IMG/VR virus record: IMGVR_UViG_3300035696_000004
Location: 32,001-96,000 of that record
Strand: one strand, 5' to 3'
DNA from: a virus
Taxonomy: Duplodnaviria > Caudoviricetes
DNA length: 64,000 nucleotides
Shown here: positions 39,231 through 47,517 of the stretch, piece after piece
Layout: each line of letters begins with the position of its first letter
Numbering within the stretch: the stretch's first letter is position 1
The notes under the pieces: model-generated
What the model saw: only the letters and a program-made list of their open reading frames with translations
What the model was told of the DNA's origin: nothing
Databases searched by the model: none
Translations under genes and position numbers: made by a program

Positions 39231-40093
39231 TCCAGAAGTTTAACAGGCCAACCCGGTTCTTTCCATGTTGCCGGAATGGGCTTGAAGGCCAACGGACTGT
39301 AGGCGATAGAGAGCGCGTTCAACGCCGCAATGGAGACACGGGAAAACTGAGCGGCACGCGTAACCATTTGCATACCGATCTTCACCGCTTTCAACTTTTG
39401 ATAGAAGAAGAGGTCATCGAAAGCCGGATCATCCGGATGTGTTTCCAGGTAGCTGATGTACTTGGTCAGCACCGGCAGAGGTGTGCTGATATGCACAAAC
39501 CACGCGTGAACCTGTGCTCGCCATTCTTGTTCAGCCGCTGCGATCTGCTTCGGGACGTTGGGATCGTGATCCGGACCGAGAACGAGCCAATCCAGATTCA
39601 ATTCCAACGGCGTGACGTGGAAGCAGTGTTCATCGATTCGGTTGTCTTTCAGGCCTCGGCCGTTCCAAACGGCTTTGGTCGAATAGACCGGTTTCAGAAT
39701 CTGACTATCCTTGAGGAATGACGCGATCACGTCAGATCCCTTGTAACGCTCGAGGTCAGCAGATGCCTCCTTGAGTGTTTGCATCGATGGCCAGATCGCC
39801 GGTATGAGTTCGCCTGTCGGCAACAACCCCACGATGTGTCCGTACTTCTTCACGAAGCGCCGGCAGCGATTGCAGTTGTGCTGCTGACGGACATCTTCCG
39901 GAAGGTTGGCTAAGAACGTATCGAATAGATCGACCGTTTTGTGAGGTTGCCCCTCGCGCGGCAACCATTTCGGGAGTTCGACGTAGTAAAGGCGCCCGCC
40001 AGAGAGATGCATGCAGGCGTCGAGCTGCTTCTGCATCTGTTCGCGGAAGAGGTTGAAGATCGGGTCTTCGTTGTGTTTGAAAGGTTTGGCCAT
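39227..40093 (-). CDS. RQxHNCxxCRxF family protein (short paralog)
   Basis: RQQHNCNRCRRFVKKYG...IPAIW. Confidence 0.75.
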   Translation of the reverse strand: MAKPFKHNEDPIFNLFREQMQKQLDACMHLSGGRLYYVELPKWLPREGQPHKTVDLFDTFLANLPEDVRQQHNCNRCRRFVKKYGHIVGLLPTGELIPAIWPSMQTLKEASADLERYKGSDVIASFLKDSQILKPVYSTKAVWNGRGLKDNRIDEHCFHVTPLELNLDWLVLGPDHDPNVPKQIAAAEQEWRAQVHAWFVHISTPLPVLTKYISYLETHPDDPAFDDLFFYQKLKAVKIGMQMVTRAAQFSRVSIAALNALSIAYSPLAFKPIPATWKEPGWPVKLLE

Positions 40094-40095
40094 GG

Positions 40096-40272
40096 TCAGT
40101 CCTTTTTGAACCGTTCCACGAGCTTGTTCAGCGCCGCCGGCGAAGGAGTGTGATCAACACGCGGTTTCTTCTTGGGTTGATCGATGTCTTTCGCGACGAT
40201 AGCACGCTGCACGTCCGGACGCTTCATGAGGGTTTCGAACGATTCTTCTTGATTCCGTTGTCCTTCGGACAT
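40096..40272 (-). CDS. small hypothetical protein (58 aa, not in the ORF track)
   Basis: MSEGQRNQEESFETLMKRPDVQR...; RBS AAGGGG; fills the gap between neighbours. Confidence 0.6.
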   Translation of the reverse strand: MSEGQRNQEESFETLMKRPDVQRAIVAKDIDQPKKKPRVDHTPSPAALNKLVERFKKD

Positions 40273-40353
40273 TCTTACATCCCCTTATTGATGATGAAAA
40301 GATACGAGGCGAAAGGGCTACACAAACCATTTCGCCTCGCTGTTTAAATTGGC

Positions 40354-41202
40354 TTAGCTGAACAACCGATGCAGTTCAGCAAAGTATTCAGCCTTATGCG
40401 CTTTGACCAGGTCCAGGTCTTTACGGATGGAGTTGTACGACGAGCGTGCGGCTTGCACCACGTAGTTGATCTCAGCTTCCTCGACCTCTTGATCAGACGG
40501 ATAGTTTTCACGGCAACTGAGATAGTCGTCAATCTCACGCTCCATTTCTTCTATCGCGTGGTGGATTCGCTCAAACTGTTCGAATAGCCGCATATTCAGT
40601 TTGGTAGGGAGAAAGGTCTCGATCTTCAACGCCACTTCATGGTACTTCACCAGGATATCGTGATCACGAGGGAAGAGCATCACCAGCACAGACGCCCAAT
40701 TGATATCTCGGCTGATCGCGTACCAACCATGTTCGGACTTTGTGCGGGTTTCCCAGGTCCCGAGAGGGCCTCTTTTTTCTTGATGTTTACCGAGGAGTGA
40801 TTTCTTCGTGATATTGAGAAGAAGAACCGATGTCACCGCAGGCATTGTCAGAAGGTCTTCGAACGCCACTTTGAGAGGACAATCCGTTTCTTTCGAAAGG
40901 GCTATTACTGCTTCGACGACTTCCGGTTGGAGCAGGCGGATCAGCAACTTTTCCGTCAGGTTTTCAATCCGGTAGAAGTAATCGATCGGCGCCCCCAAAA
41001 TAGCTGCCTGAATCGCGTCCTGCCGACCTCTCAGATATCGCTCGAAGTGAGTCAGTTCTTCGATGAGGGACAGGGTCGCCTTGAGGTGCTCAGCGGGCAG
41101 GTCTGTCATTCCTGTTTTCCAGTAGGCGACGATGCCTCGTTTATGACGCCGATACCAGCTGAATAGCCAGAGACCCGCCGGACCAGTGTGGATAGGATCC
41201 AT
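40354..41202 (-). CDS. hypothetical protein
   Basis: 282-aa ORF with RBS AAGGAA. Confidence 0.7.
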   Translation of the reverse strand: MDPIHTGPAGLWLFSWYRRHKRGIVAYWKTGMTDLPAEHLKATLSLIEELTHFERYLRGRQDAIQAAILGAPIDYFYRIENLTEKLLIRLLQPEVVEAVIALSKETDCPLKVAFEDLLTMPAVTSVLLLNITKKSLLGKHQEKRGPLGTWETRTKSEHGWYAISRDINWASVLVMLFPRDHDILVKYHEVALKIETFLPTKLNMRLFEQFERIHHAIEEMEREIDDYLSCRENYPSDQEVEEAEINYVVQAARSSYNSIRKDLDLVKAHKAEYFAELHRLFS

Positions 41203-41291
41203 TTCTTGGTTTCCTTATTTTAATTGGTGTGCCGATGTTCTTATCGGTCGCTGCGACCGTCCGGAAAGAGTTTGATCGTCATTGTTTTCTT

Positions 41292-41681
41292 TCAGGACAA
41301 GAGGAGACTAGTAATATACAGAAAGATCACTGCCGCTACAGAGAGCACTACAGTCAGTAGAAGGCCAATAATAGACGAATACACCCAATCCTTTTGCGGA
41401 ACTTCCGTTCTTTTGTGGTGGATACACGTAATCACAACGAATGCAAGAATGATCGCGATGTAGATCCCCGCTACGATGTGATTTGAACGGGCGCTATTCG
41501 GAACAGGATACAAATAGTTCACACATTCGCTGTACCCTCTCATTTCTTCGACAGACGGCTTTGGATTGTGGTAGTTTGCGATCGTGCTTATACATGCTGC
41601 CTTGTGGGCTTTTTCTGCATCGATAGCAGCCTGAGTCGCGATAACAGTGGTTGTTACCGCGATGGCAGTTCCAATAGGCAT
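41292..41681 (-). CDS. membrane protein
   Basis: Two C-terminal TM segments; Cys pair (ACISTI..CVNYLYP). Confidence 0.7.
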   Translation of the reverse strand: MPIGTAIAVTTTVIATQAAIDAEKAHKAACISTIANYHNPKPSVEEMRGYSECVNYLYPVPNSARSNHIVAGIYIAIILAFVVITCIHHKRTEVPQKDWVYSSIIGLLLTVVLSVAAVIFLYITSLLLS

Positions 41682-42262
41682 AACGAATTCCCTAAGTTAG
41701 TCGATCTCTGATGCAAGAAAATGGTGATGCCTTGATCGGATGCGATCAGGTCATACTTCGGAAGAGGCTCGTTATGTTTACGAGCACGGGCCTCAACTTC
41801 ATGGAGTTCTTCCACTACCTTTGTTAAACCAATTCGATCTTCGACCGAAAGCAGCTTCAGAACCACTCGTAGTCGAGCGTTAATGAGGATAGACTGCAAC
41901 GTAACGACCCCTCTGATGTCAGTGTACTCCGTTACACCAGAGACGCTCCTGAGGGCTTTGCGGTCATCCAGAAAGAATTCAAATTCAGCCAGGACGTCTT
42001 GTTCATCTACCGTGTCGTTGATAACGAAGACCTCGAGTACGAGTTTTTTGCCAAAGAGGAGCGACTCTTTGACACGATAGATCCCACGGATCAAATCCCG
42101 CTCGTCAATATGACGTGCTTTAACTCGATCATCGCGTGCCACCATGACTTGATGAACCAACCCCGCCAGCACGAATTCATCCAGGTGTGCTTTCAACGGG
42201 TAAAACACATCCGGTATACGCACCAATTCCACATTCAGAAATTCCGTATCGATAAACCGCAT
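41654..42262 (-). CDS. hypothetical protein
   Basis: 202-aa ORF with RBS AAGGA. Confidence 0.65.
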   Translation of the reverse strand: MRFIDTEFLNVELVRIPDVFYPLKAHLDEFVLAGLVHQVMVARDDRVKARHIDERDLIRGIYRVKESLLFGKKLVLEVFVINDTVDEQDVLAEFEFFLDDRKALRSVSGVTEYTDIRGVVTLQSILINARLRVVLKLLSVEDRIGLTKVVEELHEVEARARKHNEPLPKYDLIASDQGITIFLHQRSTNLGNSLCLLELPSR

Positions 42263-42293
42263 GATAACCCATCCTTATTAATGAAGTATCGGC

Positions 42294-42326
42294 TCAGAGG
42301 GAGGGGTCAATGACCCCTCCCTCTGA
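42294..42326 (-). terminator. hairpin
   Basis: 15-bp perfect stem TCAGAGGGAGGGGTC / GACCCCTCCCTCTGA. Confidence 0.7.
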
Positions 42327-42347
42327 TAGGTTTTAGTGTTCAATCAA

Positions 42348-42371
42348 GTAATGTAGGTTTGAAATATTCTA
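42348..42371 (-). promoter_or_regulatory. early-type promoter variant
   Basis: Minus strand TAGAATATTTCAAACCTACATTAC. Confidence 0.6.
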
Positions 42372-42373
42372 GA

Positions 42374-42655
42374 CTACCGCTCCGTATGGCTCTTGACAGC
42401 GACGGCTGCACTGACACTCAGGATCACACTGGACGATCCTGTTGCACCAGCAGCAAAACCAACGTAGTTGAAGCTCCCAGTCTTCAGGGTGCTATACACC
42501 GTCCCGAAGATAAACAATAGTGCGACAGCAATGCAAAACGGATACCCTACGACCCGTGCAGGATCGTAATCCCCATGCATAGTCGTGGCGCAGTCGTTGA
42601 TGACTTTATACAGGATCATTTTGAAACGATCCGTATCGATACCAAACAATTTCAT
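42374..42655 (-). CDS. small two-TM membrane protein
   Basis: Two hydrophobic helices; ATGA overlap with the AAA ATPase. Confidence 0.65.
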   Translation of the reverse strand: MKLFGIDTDRFKMILYKVINDCATTMHGDYDPARVVGYPFCIAVALLFIFGTVYSTLKTGSFNYVGFAAGATGSSSVILSVSAAVAVKSHTER

Positions 42656-43938
42656 GTTGATCCTTTCGTCACGAGTTCCCCGATGAAGGCAGCAGGGTCA
42701 TTTCGATGCTTCATGAATTTGGCTTGCAAGGTGCTTCCAGGGCAGTCTTCAAAAACCGCACCCTCAGGAACAACGCAGCCCGGAAATACCAGATCGATGT
42801 AACGACGAATCGCTTCATCATCCAGAGGCAGGATTTCGAACTGATGGTCGCATCGACCATCCCGCAAGATATTGTCAGCGATGATTTCTTTTCGATTGGT
42901 GGTGAGAAAGATCACTGTTCGATTGAGTTCTTGGACACCATCCAGCGTATTCAAAATTGTCGTTAACGAAACGCCATCGTCGAATAAGCTCCTGACCGAT
43001 TCTTTCCCGTAAGGATCGTAGGTCGTGATCGCATCACTATCAGGGTTATGAACAGCTGGAATTTTAACTTGGGCTCCGTTCTTGTGGGTAGCGGGGCAAG
43101 AGTCAAAATCTTCAATAGCCACGATACCGCCATACGCCATGGTCATCAGTTTCGGGAACATGGTGTCCGAGCAGGTATTCAGATTGACCGCGTACACGGA
43201 TCGATCGAAGTGCCCTGCGATACTTTTGATCAACGACGTCTTACCGGTTCCTGGAACACCGTATAAAAGGATGACGAGCTTGTACGGAATCCCCCGAAGC
43301 CGATACCAGGATTCACTGGCGTAGAATTCTTCGATCAGCTTGACGATGTCTTCTTTAGTGGTGTCCCGTGTCACAATGGTCGATAGTGGTCGCTTAGGAG
43401 CACCGACAGCAGCCGCGAAATTATAGCCTTCATTGGTGTGCACATAGGAGAGATCTTTCGCATATCGCCACCGGAAAGCCTTTGTCAAGTCCTCCATGAC
43501 TTTCTTCGATCGTGTCAGGCAGTAAATGACACTTTCCATCTTTTCTTTTTCCGTCCCTGTCGAAGCTAGACGTGAATTGACGACCCAGAAGAATCGTTTT
43601 TTGTAAAAGAAGAAGTGCGTGCCGTATCCGGGCACCAAGATACCTTCTTCGAGACCATAGTCTCCTTTGAAAAAGAATTCACGACTCAACGCTAGCAACG
43701 TTTTGTCTTTGACCCATATGTTGAATTCCTTGAACTCACGTTCAAACTCCGAGGTCGAATTATTGAGCATGATCGTGGACGTACAGGCTTTGAAGATCGT
43801 GCGTCCCAGTTGATTCGGTACGCTACGCAGAGCCCAGGTCAAAATACCACCGATCCAGATCCCGATAGCCCCCGATAACATCGGGTTGGATTTAGTGAGT
43901 GCGTAGAAGGATTGCATGAAAGAAAGTGGTGTACTCAT
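42652..43938 (-). CDS. BCS1-like membrane-anchored AAA+ ATPase
   Basis: N-terminal TM; BCS1_N-like PGYGTHFFFYKKRFFWV; Walker A GVPGTGKT; Walker B IEDFD; LLN-like ILNTLDGV; TTN; RDGRCD arginine finger. Confidence 0.8.
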   Translation of the reverse strand: MSTPLSFMQSFYALTKSNPMLSGAIGIWIGGILTWALRSVPNQLGRTIFKACTSTIMLNNSTSEFEREFKEFNIWVKDKTLLALSREFFFKGDYGLEEGILVPGYGTHFFFYKKRFFWVVNSRLASTGTEKEKMESVIYCLTRSKKVMEDLTKAFRWRYAKDLSYVHTNEGYNFAAAVGAPKRPLSTIVTRDTTKEDIVKLIEEFYASESWYRLRGIPYKLVILLYGVPGTGKTSLIKSIAGHFDRSVYAVNLNTCSDTMFPKLMTMAYGGIVAIEDFDSCPATHKNGAQVKIPAVHNPDSDAITTYDPYGKESVRSLFDDGVSLTTILNTLDGVQELNRTVIFLTTNRKEIIADNILRDGRCDHQFEILPLDDEAIRRYIDLVFPGCVVPEGAVFEDCPGSTLQAKFMKHRNDPAAFIGELVTKGST

Positions 43939-43996
43939 GTTGCCCCCTTGATGGTTTCATAGAAGAACACCGACAAATAAAAAAAGAAAGAGGCGT

Positions 43997-44023
43997 CATA
44001 GAGGAGACCCGAAGGCCTCCTCT
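43997..44023 (-). terminator. imperfect hairpin with A-run (U-tract on the minus strand)
   Basis: AGAGGAG..CTCCTCT preceded by an A-rich run. Confidence 0.55.
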
Positions 44024-44032
44024 AGACTGAGA

Positions 44033-44455
44033 TCAGGAGTCGTCACTTTCCAGTTTTACGACACTTTTAGGAAAGGGTGGATCACCTTCATTCTTTATTT
44101 CGAATACACCTTTCAGTTCGTGCAGGGGTGATGCACCCAGGAGATGCAAAATGGTGTACCAATCACCATCTCGCTCATCCCCGTGAACTCGCCATCCTTC
44201 ACGGGTTCGAATAAAGCACGCAACCGTCTTCATGTCATCATCGCGGATGACTAAGTACCGCCGCCCAAATAGTTCAAACTGCTGAATGTTTCCGCCGAGC
44301 CGTTCTACTTGGTCCATCATGGCGATAAAGGCAGCCCGAGAATTCAACTTGATGCTCTCGATCCGCGCTGCATTCTTGAACGATTTGTAGATGACGTAGA
44401 TCAGCAGGGCGTCGCTGATCCCGAGACAAATCATCAGAAAGGATACGATATTCAT
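44033..44455 (-). CDS. protein with an N-terminal membrane anchor
   Basis: Hydrophobic N-terminus; RBS AAGGA. Confidence 0.65.
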   Translation of the reverse strand: MNIVSFLMICLGISDALLIYVIYKSFKNAARIESIKLNSRAAFIAMMDQVERLGGNIQQFELFGRRYLVIRDDDMKTVACFIRTREGWRVHGDERDGDWYTILHLLGASPLHELKGVFEIKNEGDPPFPKSVVKLESDDS

Positions 44456-44467
44456 TTTCCGTCCTTT

Positions 44468-45442
44468 TTAAGGGTGTGACCAGGCATTCAAATAGTCACG
44501 ATCGCGGAAGGGTTCCACCAAGAACGCTTCATTAAACTGCTCAGCCTGCAAGAGGCGTTCACGAATCCTCCAGAGTTCTTCGGCCTGACACGCATGACCT
44601 TTCTGACCAAAGACATCCGAGAAGCCGGTTGCTTTTTTCAGAATTTCTTGGAGTTCGGGGTTTTCGTAGATGTAGAGTATCCAAAGATGCTCGTAATACT
44701 TCCGGCATTCCTGGATATTGATCGGGCATTTTCCTTTGGCTTCTTGCCAAGAGAGTCCGGTCTGACCTCCTTCAAACACTTTGTAGCGCTGATAGAGTGT
44801 TTCGATCGACATATTCCCATACTTCTTGACCCGTGCGTAAAACGCGCTGAGTCGACGATCCCCTTTACTGCTGCACTCGAGATACGGTGCCTCACCAAAA
44901 CGCAACATGTCATTTCCTTTCTTTACTAAGCGATCCGCAATCGCCACAATTTGATCATCTGTTAAGTCGTCGACATCCATCCCCGGTGGCAAGATATGGA
45001 ATCGATCAACGTGGTGCGCTAGTAGAAAACCCCCTGCATCCCCGTCGCACATAGAGAGCGTGCGGTTAGGAATCGCTCTAAACCATTGGGTGAGGTTTAG
45101 AGGGTCTGCCCCAAATACGGCAACAGCGTTATAGCCCAGCCGTTTTAGCCGATTTGCATCGAATATCCCCTCCTGAACAAATAAGGGCTTTTTCGGATCG
45201 TACGTTTCAAGACCCCACATACCGAGCTCAACATTATGCCATCGATACCGAGAGAGGTAGGTGTAGTATTTCGCCAATTTAGGGTTGTCGGGATTGTGTT
45301 TTGGATAGGACGGGTTGTAAACCTGGAAACCAATCAATTGTCCCGATAGATTCCAAACCAAAAAGGTTGCATCCACATCCGTCACTGTCAATCCAGGGTA
45401 ATCGTCAGGATTGAGATGTCTGGAGAGGAGGTGTTGATGCAT
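44468..45442 (-). CDS. Toprim primase-like domain fused in frame to a NADAR-like domain
   Basis: VQEGIFDA and CDGDAGG Toprim motifs; C-terminal LSAFY..SIE.LYQ.YKVF..ENPEL..SDVFG; internal RBS and ATG at 44908. Confidence 0.7.
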   Translation of the reverse strand: MHQHLLSRHLNPDDYPGLTVTDVDATFLVWNLSGQLIGFQVYNPSYPKHNPDNPKLAKYYTYLSRYRWHNVELGMWGLETYDPKKPLFVQEGIFDANRLKRLGYNAVAVFGADPLNLTQWFRAIPNRTLSMCDGDAGGFLLAHHVDRFHILPPGMDVDDLTDDQIVAIADRLVKKGNDMLRFGEAPYLECSSKGDRRLSAFYARVKKYGNMSIETLYQRYKVFEGGQTGLSWQEAKGKCPINIQECRKYYEHLWILYIYENPELQEILKKATGFSDVFGQKGHACQAEELWRIRERLLQAEQFNEAFLVEPFRDRDYLNAWSHP

Positions 45443-45902
45443 GTTCGAGTTCTTTCTTTCTTTTGGCTCTGAGAGCCTGTCGGGTGATCGACCGGCAATA
45501 GGGGCAATATCGGCGCGTCTGATTCCCTTTAGGCATACGCAAACGATGTCCTCGTTTGCAATAGTCTTTGGGACAAGTCCGACCTAGTCGCCATGTCAGA
45601 TTATCGAGCGTGATCGGCTGGTCCAGATCAACGATGGTTCCGACCTCACCTTTCACGGGCGGCCTGACAAACGTCGACAACATCAGAGCATAGAGCATCT
45701 TGCGACGATAGACACCATCGATGCAGAGGCTTACACCAGGATAACCCTGGGTGTCATACGTCACCTTGAGTATTTTACCGGGGAGCATCTGCCCGTGTCG
45801 ACCGATGTGTTCCTTTGAACGGAAGTTCCCTAAGTTGGAGATTTCGTAAATTCCTTCACTCCCATATGCGGGTTTCCAGATTTCATTCATATCGAGTGTC
45901 AT
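45405..45902 (-). CDS. NUMOD4 protein with degenerate HNH and a CKRGH/CxxC motif
   Basis: EIWKPAYGSEGIYEISNLGNFRS; paralog of the 16624 ORF. Confidence 0.75.
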   Translation of the reverse strand: MTLDMNEIWKPAYGSEGIYEISNLGNFRSKEHIGRHGQMLPGKILKVTYDTQGYPGVSLCIDGVYRRKMLYALMLSTFVRPPVKGEVGTIVDLDQPITLDNLTWRLGRTCPKDYCKRGHRLRMPKGNQTRRYCPYCRSITRQALRAKRKKELEHASTPPLQTSQS

Positions 45903-45938
45903 TCAGTGTTCCAAATAAAAAGTATGGATGGGTCATAA

Positions 45939-45960
45939 GGAGCAGCCCGAAGGCTGCTCC
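45939..45960 (-). terminator. hairpin ending the ribozyme-containing interval
   Basis: GGAGCAGCC-CGAA-GGCTGCTCC (UUCG loop on the minus strand). Confidence 0.7.
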
Positions 45961-46243
45961 CGTAGTATCACGTAAAGAGGCACTCCATTGCATCGTATTC
46001 CTCCACTGGCCATCTGGATCGATACGATGCAACAGGCTGCTTCCTAAAGCCAAGCTATTCGGGTGCGGCAACGGACCCGATGGCCAGACTCGTGTAGAAA
46101 ACAACTTCTCGGGGATAGCGCCCACGAGCGTACGATTAAGTCAGAAGCGGTCTCGCTACAAACCACTCCGACACCTCTGATGATACATCGTGAGGTCTCA
46201 TTTGCCGCTGCCACCGCCGCATCTCGGGCAAAATGGCGCGCGG

Positions 46244-46309
46244 CGCTTGACGCCACCAGATACGATGGCGTTTCGTTCCTTTATACGTGGCCGGAACTCA
46301 TCAGAAGCG
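46244..46309 (-). ncRNA. type I hammerhead ribozyme
   Basis: Minus strand CGCUU-CUGAUGA-GUUCC(loop 13)GGAAC-GAAA-CGCCA(loop 10)UGGCG-UC-AAGCG: all core nucleotides and three perfect 5-bp stems; predicted cleavage after GUC, between 46249 and 46248. Confidence 0.9.
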
Positions 46310-46368
46310 TAGCCTTGTGTCTGTGCACATCATTGCGTAGCTGTGTAAAAAACCACTCGCCGGACCTA

Positions 46369-46710
46369 CTACCCACGATCAATTTCGATCGTGGACGGGA
46401 TCACGCCATTCCCTTGGCCGAGGTAGCGAACGAGAGCGAATTCGATCGACTTGAGCGGGTTCGGATCGGATTCATCGATCAGGATGCGGTATACTTGTCG
46501 TTTCGGGGTATCCGGTTCGGCGTCAGCGGTTTGCTCGTCGCCGGTGCCCAGGATGGTCTTGACGATTTCTTTGGCACGTTCTTTGATCGTGCTGGAAATC
46601 TGTTCGTCGAGGGCGCCGAGGTCGTCCGCGATGTTCCGGACCCTAATCAGGGCGTCCAGCTCGACTTCCAGGGCTTCGAATTTTTGTTTGAGGGGTACGT
46701 GTACTTGCAT
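46369..46710 (-). CDS. hypothetical protein with an N-terminal coiled coil
   Basis: Start re-assigned to MQVHVP (46710) after AAAGAAAG; immediately upstream of the ribozyme. Confidence 0.65.
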   Translation of the reverse strand: MQVHVPLKQKFEALEVELDALIRVRNIADDLGALDEQISSTIKERAKEIVKTILGTGDEQTADAEPDTPKRQVYRILIDESDPNPLKSIEFALVRYLGQGNGVIPSTIEIDRG

Positions 46711-46772
46711 GGGTGTTTTCTTTCTTTCGTTGTGTGGAGTTTGGACATAGTAAAGCCAACTGATGTAAAAAA

Positions 46773-47003
46773 TCAGTCCGCTTTGTAGGTGTGGTATGCA
46801 CAGATCGTACAATACCTTCCCTCACCTGCGACTTGGGCGTATTTGAAATCATGCCCTTGTTCACCGCATTCTCGCTGGAGTTCTTCCAGTTCGAAACGAT
46901 GTGTGTTCGCGAGCTCTTGGCGTTCTTTGTCTTGCTTTGCGCGGAGACACGATACTCTCACCGCCATGATGGTCCTATGCGTCATCAATGCCATTCCATC
47001 CAC
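46773..47003 (-). CDS. small protein with a C..GH...C.IC motif
   Basis: ECGEQGHDF...YCTIC; start possibly at 46994. Confidence 0.6.
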   Translation of the reverse strand: MDGMALMTHRTIMAVRVSCLRAKQDKERQELANTHRFELEELQRECGEQGHDFKYAQVAGEGRYCTICAYHTYKAD

Positions 47004-47209
47004 CCTTCCGGAGGTTGAGTAGGGATTGATAACCCTTCGCTGTGGGATTCCGAGGCAGGACTGGACGAGCTTTCGCTTTCCTTTTTCTTTTTGTCTGCTT
47101 CGATAAACTCACGTGCGACCTTCTGGTCAATTCCATGGGCATCAGCGAACTCTTTATCATGAGCGGCGATCTCCATGAACTTGTGCTGCTTTTCCGATTT
47201 GCTAGGCAT
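46985..47209 (-). CDS. small phage protein (MPSKS..Q..FM..AAH family)
   Basis: Motif recalled from many phages; RBS GGAG; start re-assigned. Confidence 0.7.
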   Translation of the reverse strand: MPSKSEKQHKFMEIAAHDKEFADAHGIDQKVAREFIEADKKKKESESSSSPASESHSEGLSIPTQPPEGWMEWH

Positions 47210-47223
47210 TTTCGTTCTCCTCG

Positions 47224-47517
47224 TTACGAGGTTAGAAAACCCAACTCCTCCACGGCAACCTTGAAGGACTTGTTCTTCTGGGGTTCCAACGGGAAGTGCC
47301 CCCAGCGCACCCATTGCGTCGTCACATACGGGTCTGTAATGACGGCGTCGGTATTCGGTACGGCTTTCGCCAGCACAGATGGATCATCCAGCCTCGATAC
47401 CAAACGAGGGACACCCGTCGTGCCCCATTGTTCGGCGACATCCAGACACTCGATTCCGGATTCGAGAATCGTTCCGTCCTCTTTCAGGAACGTCACGAAA
47501 ATAGTCGGGTCGCTCAT
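47224..47517 (-). CDS. hypothetical protein
   Basis: Co-directional ORF; ATGA overlap. Confidence 0.6.
   Translation of the reverse strand: MSDPTIFVTFLKEDGTILESGIECLDVAEQWGTTGVPRLVSRLDDPSVLAKAVPNTDAVITDPYVTTQWVRWGHFPLEPQKNKSFKVAVEELGFLTS

Noticed and set aside
41307-41315. TATATTAC match on the minus strand
   Set aside because: Inside a CDS and lacks the upstream TTCAA element
44638-44913. Alternative-frame ORF over the NADAR domain
   Set aside because: Out-of-frame overlap with no motifs; the in-frame ATG at 44908 has better SD spacing
46033-46080. Resemblance to SRP RNA (AGGAAGCAGCC) or a pistol ribozyme
   Set aside because: SRP domain IV tetraloop geometry is absent and the pistol pseudoknot complement is missing
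46141-46200. Second hammerhead (minus CUGACUU; plus CUGAUGA at 46178)
   Set aside because: Minus copy lacks the G8-A9 core; plus copy lacks GAAA and stems II/III
45883-46788. ORFs 45883-46125, 46044-46256 and 46063-46788 as genes
   Set aside because: No credible RBS; they cross the hairpin, the ribozyme or an opposite-strand gene; the region is better explained as structured RNA
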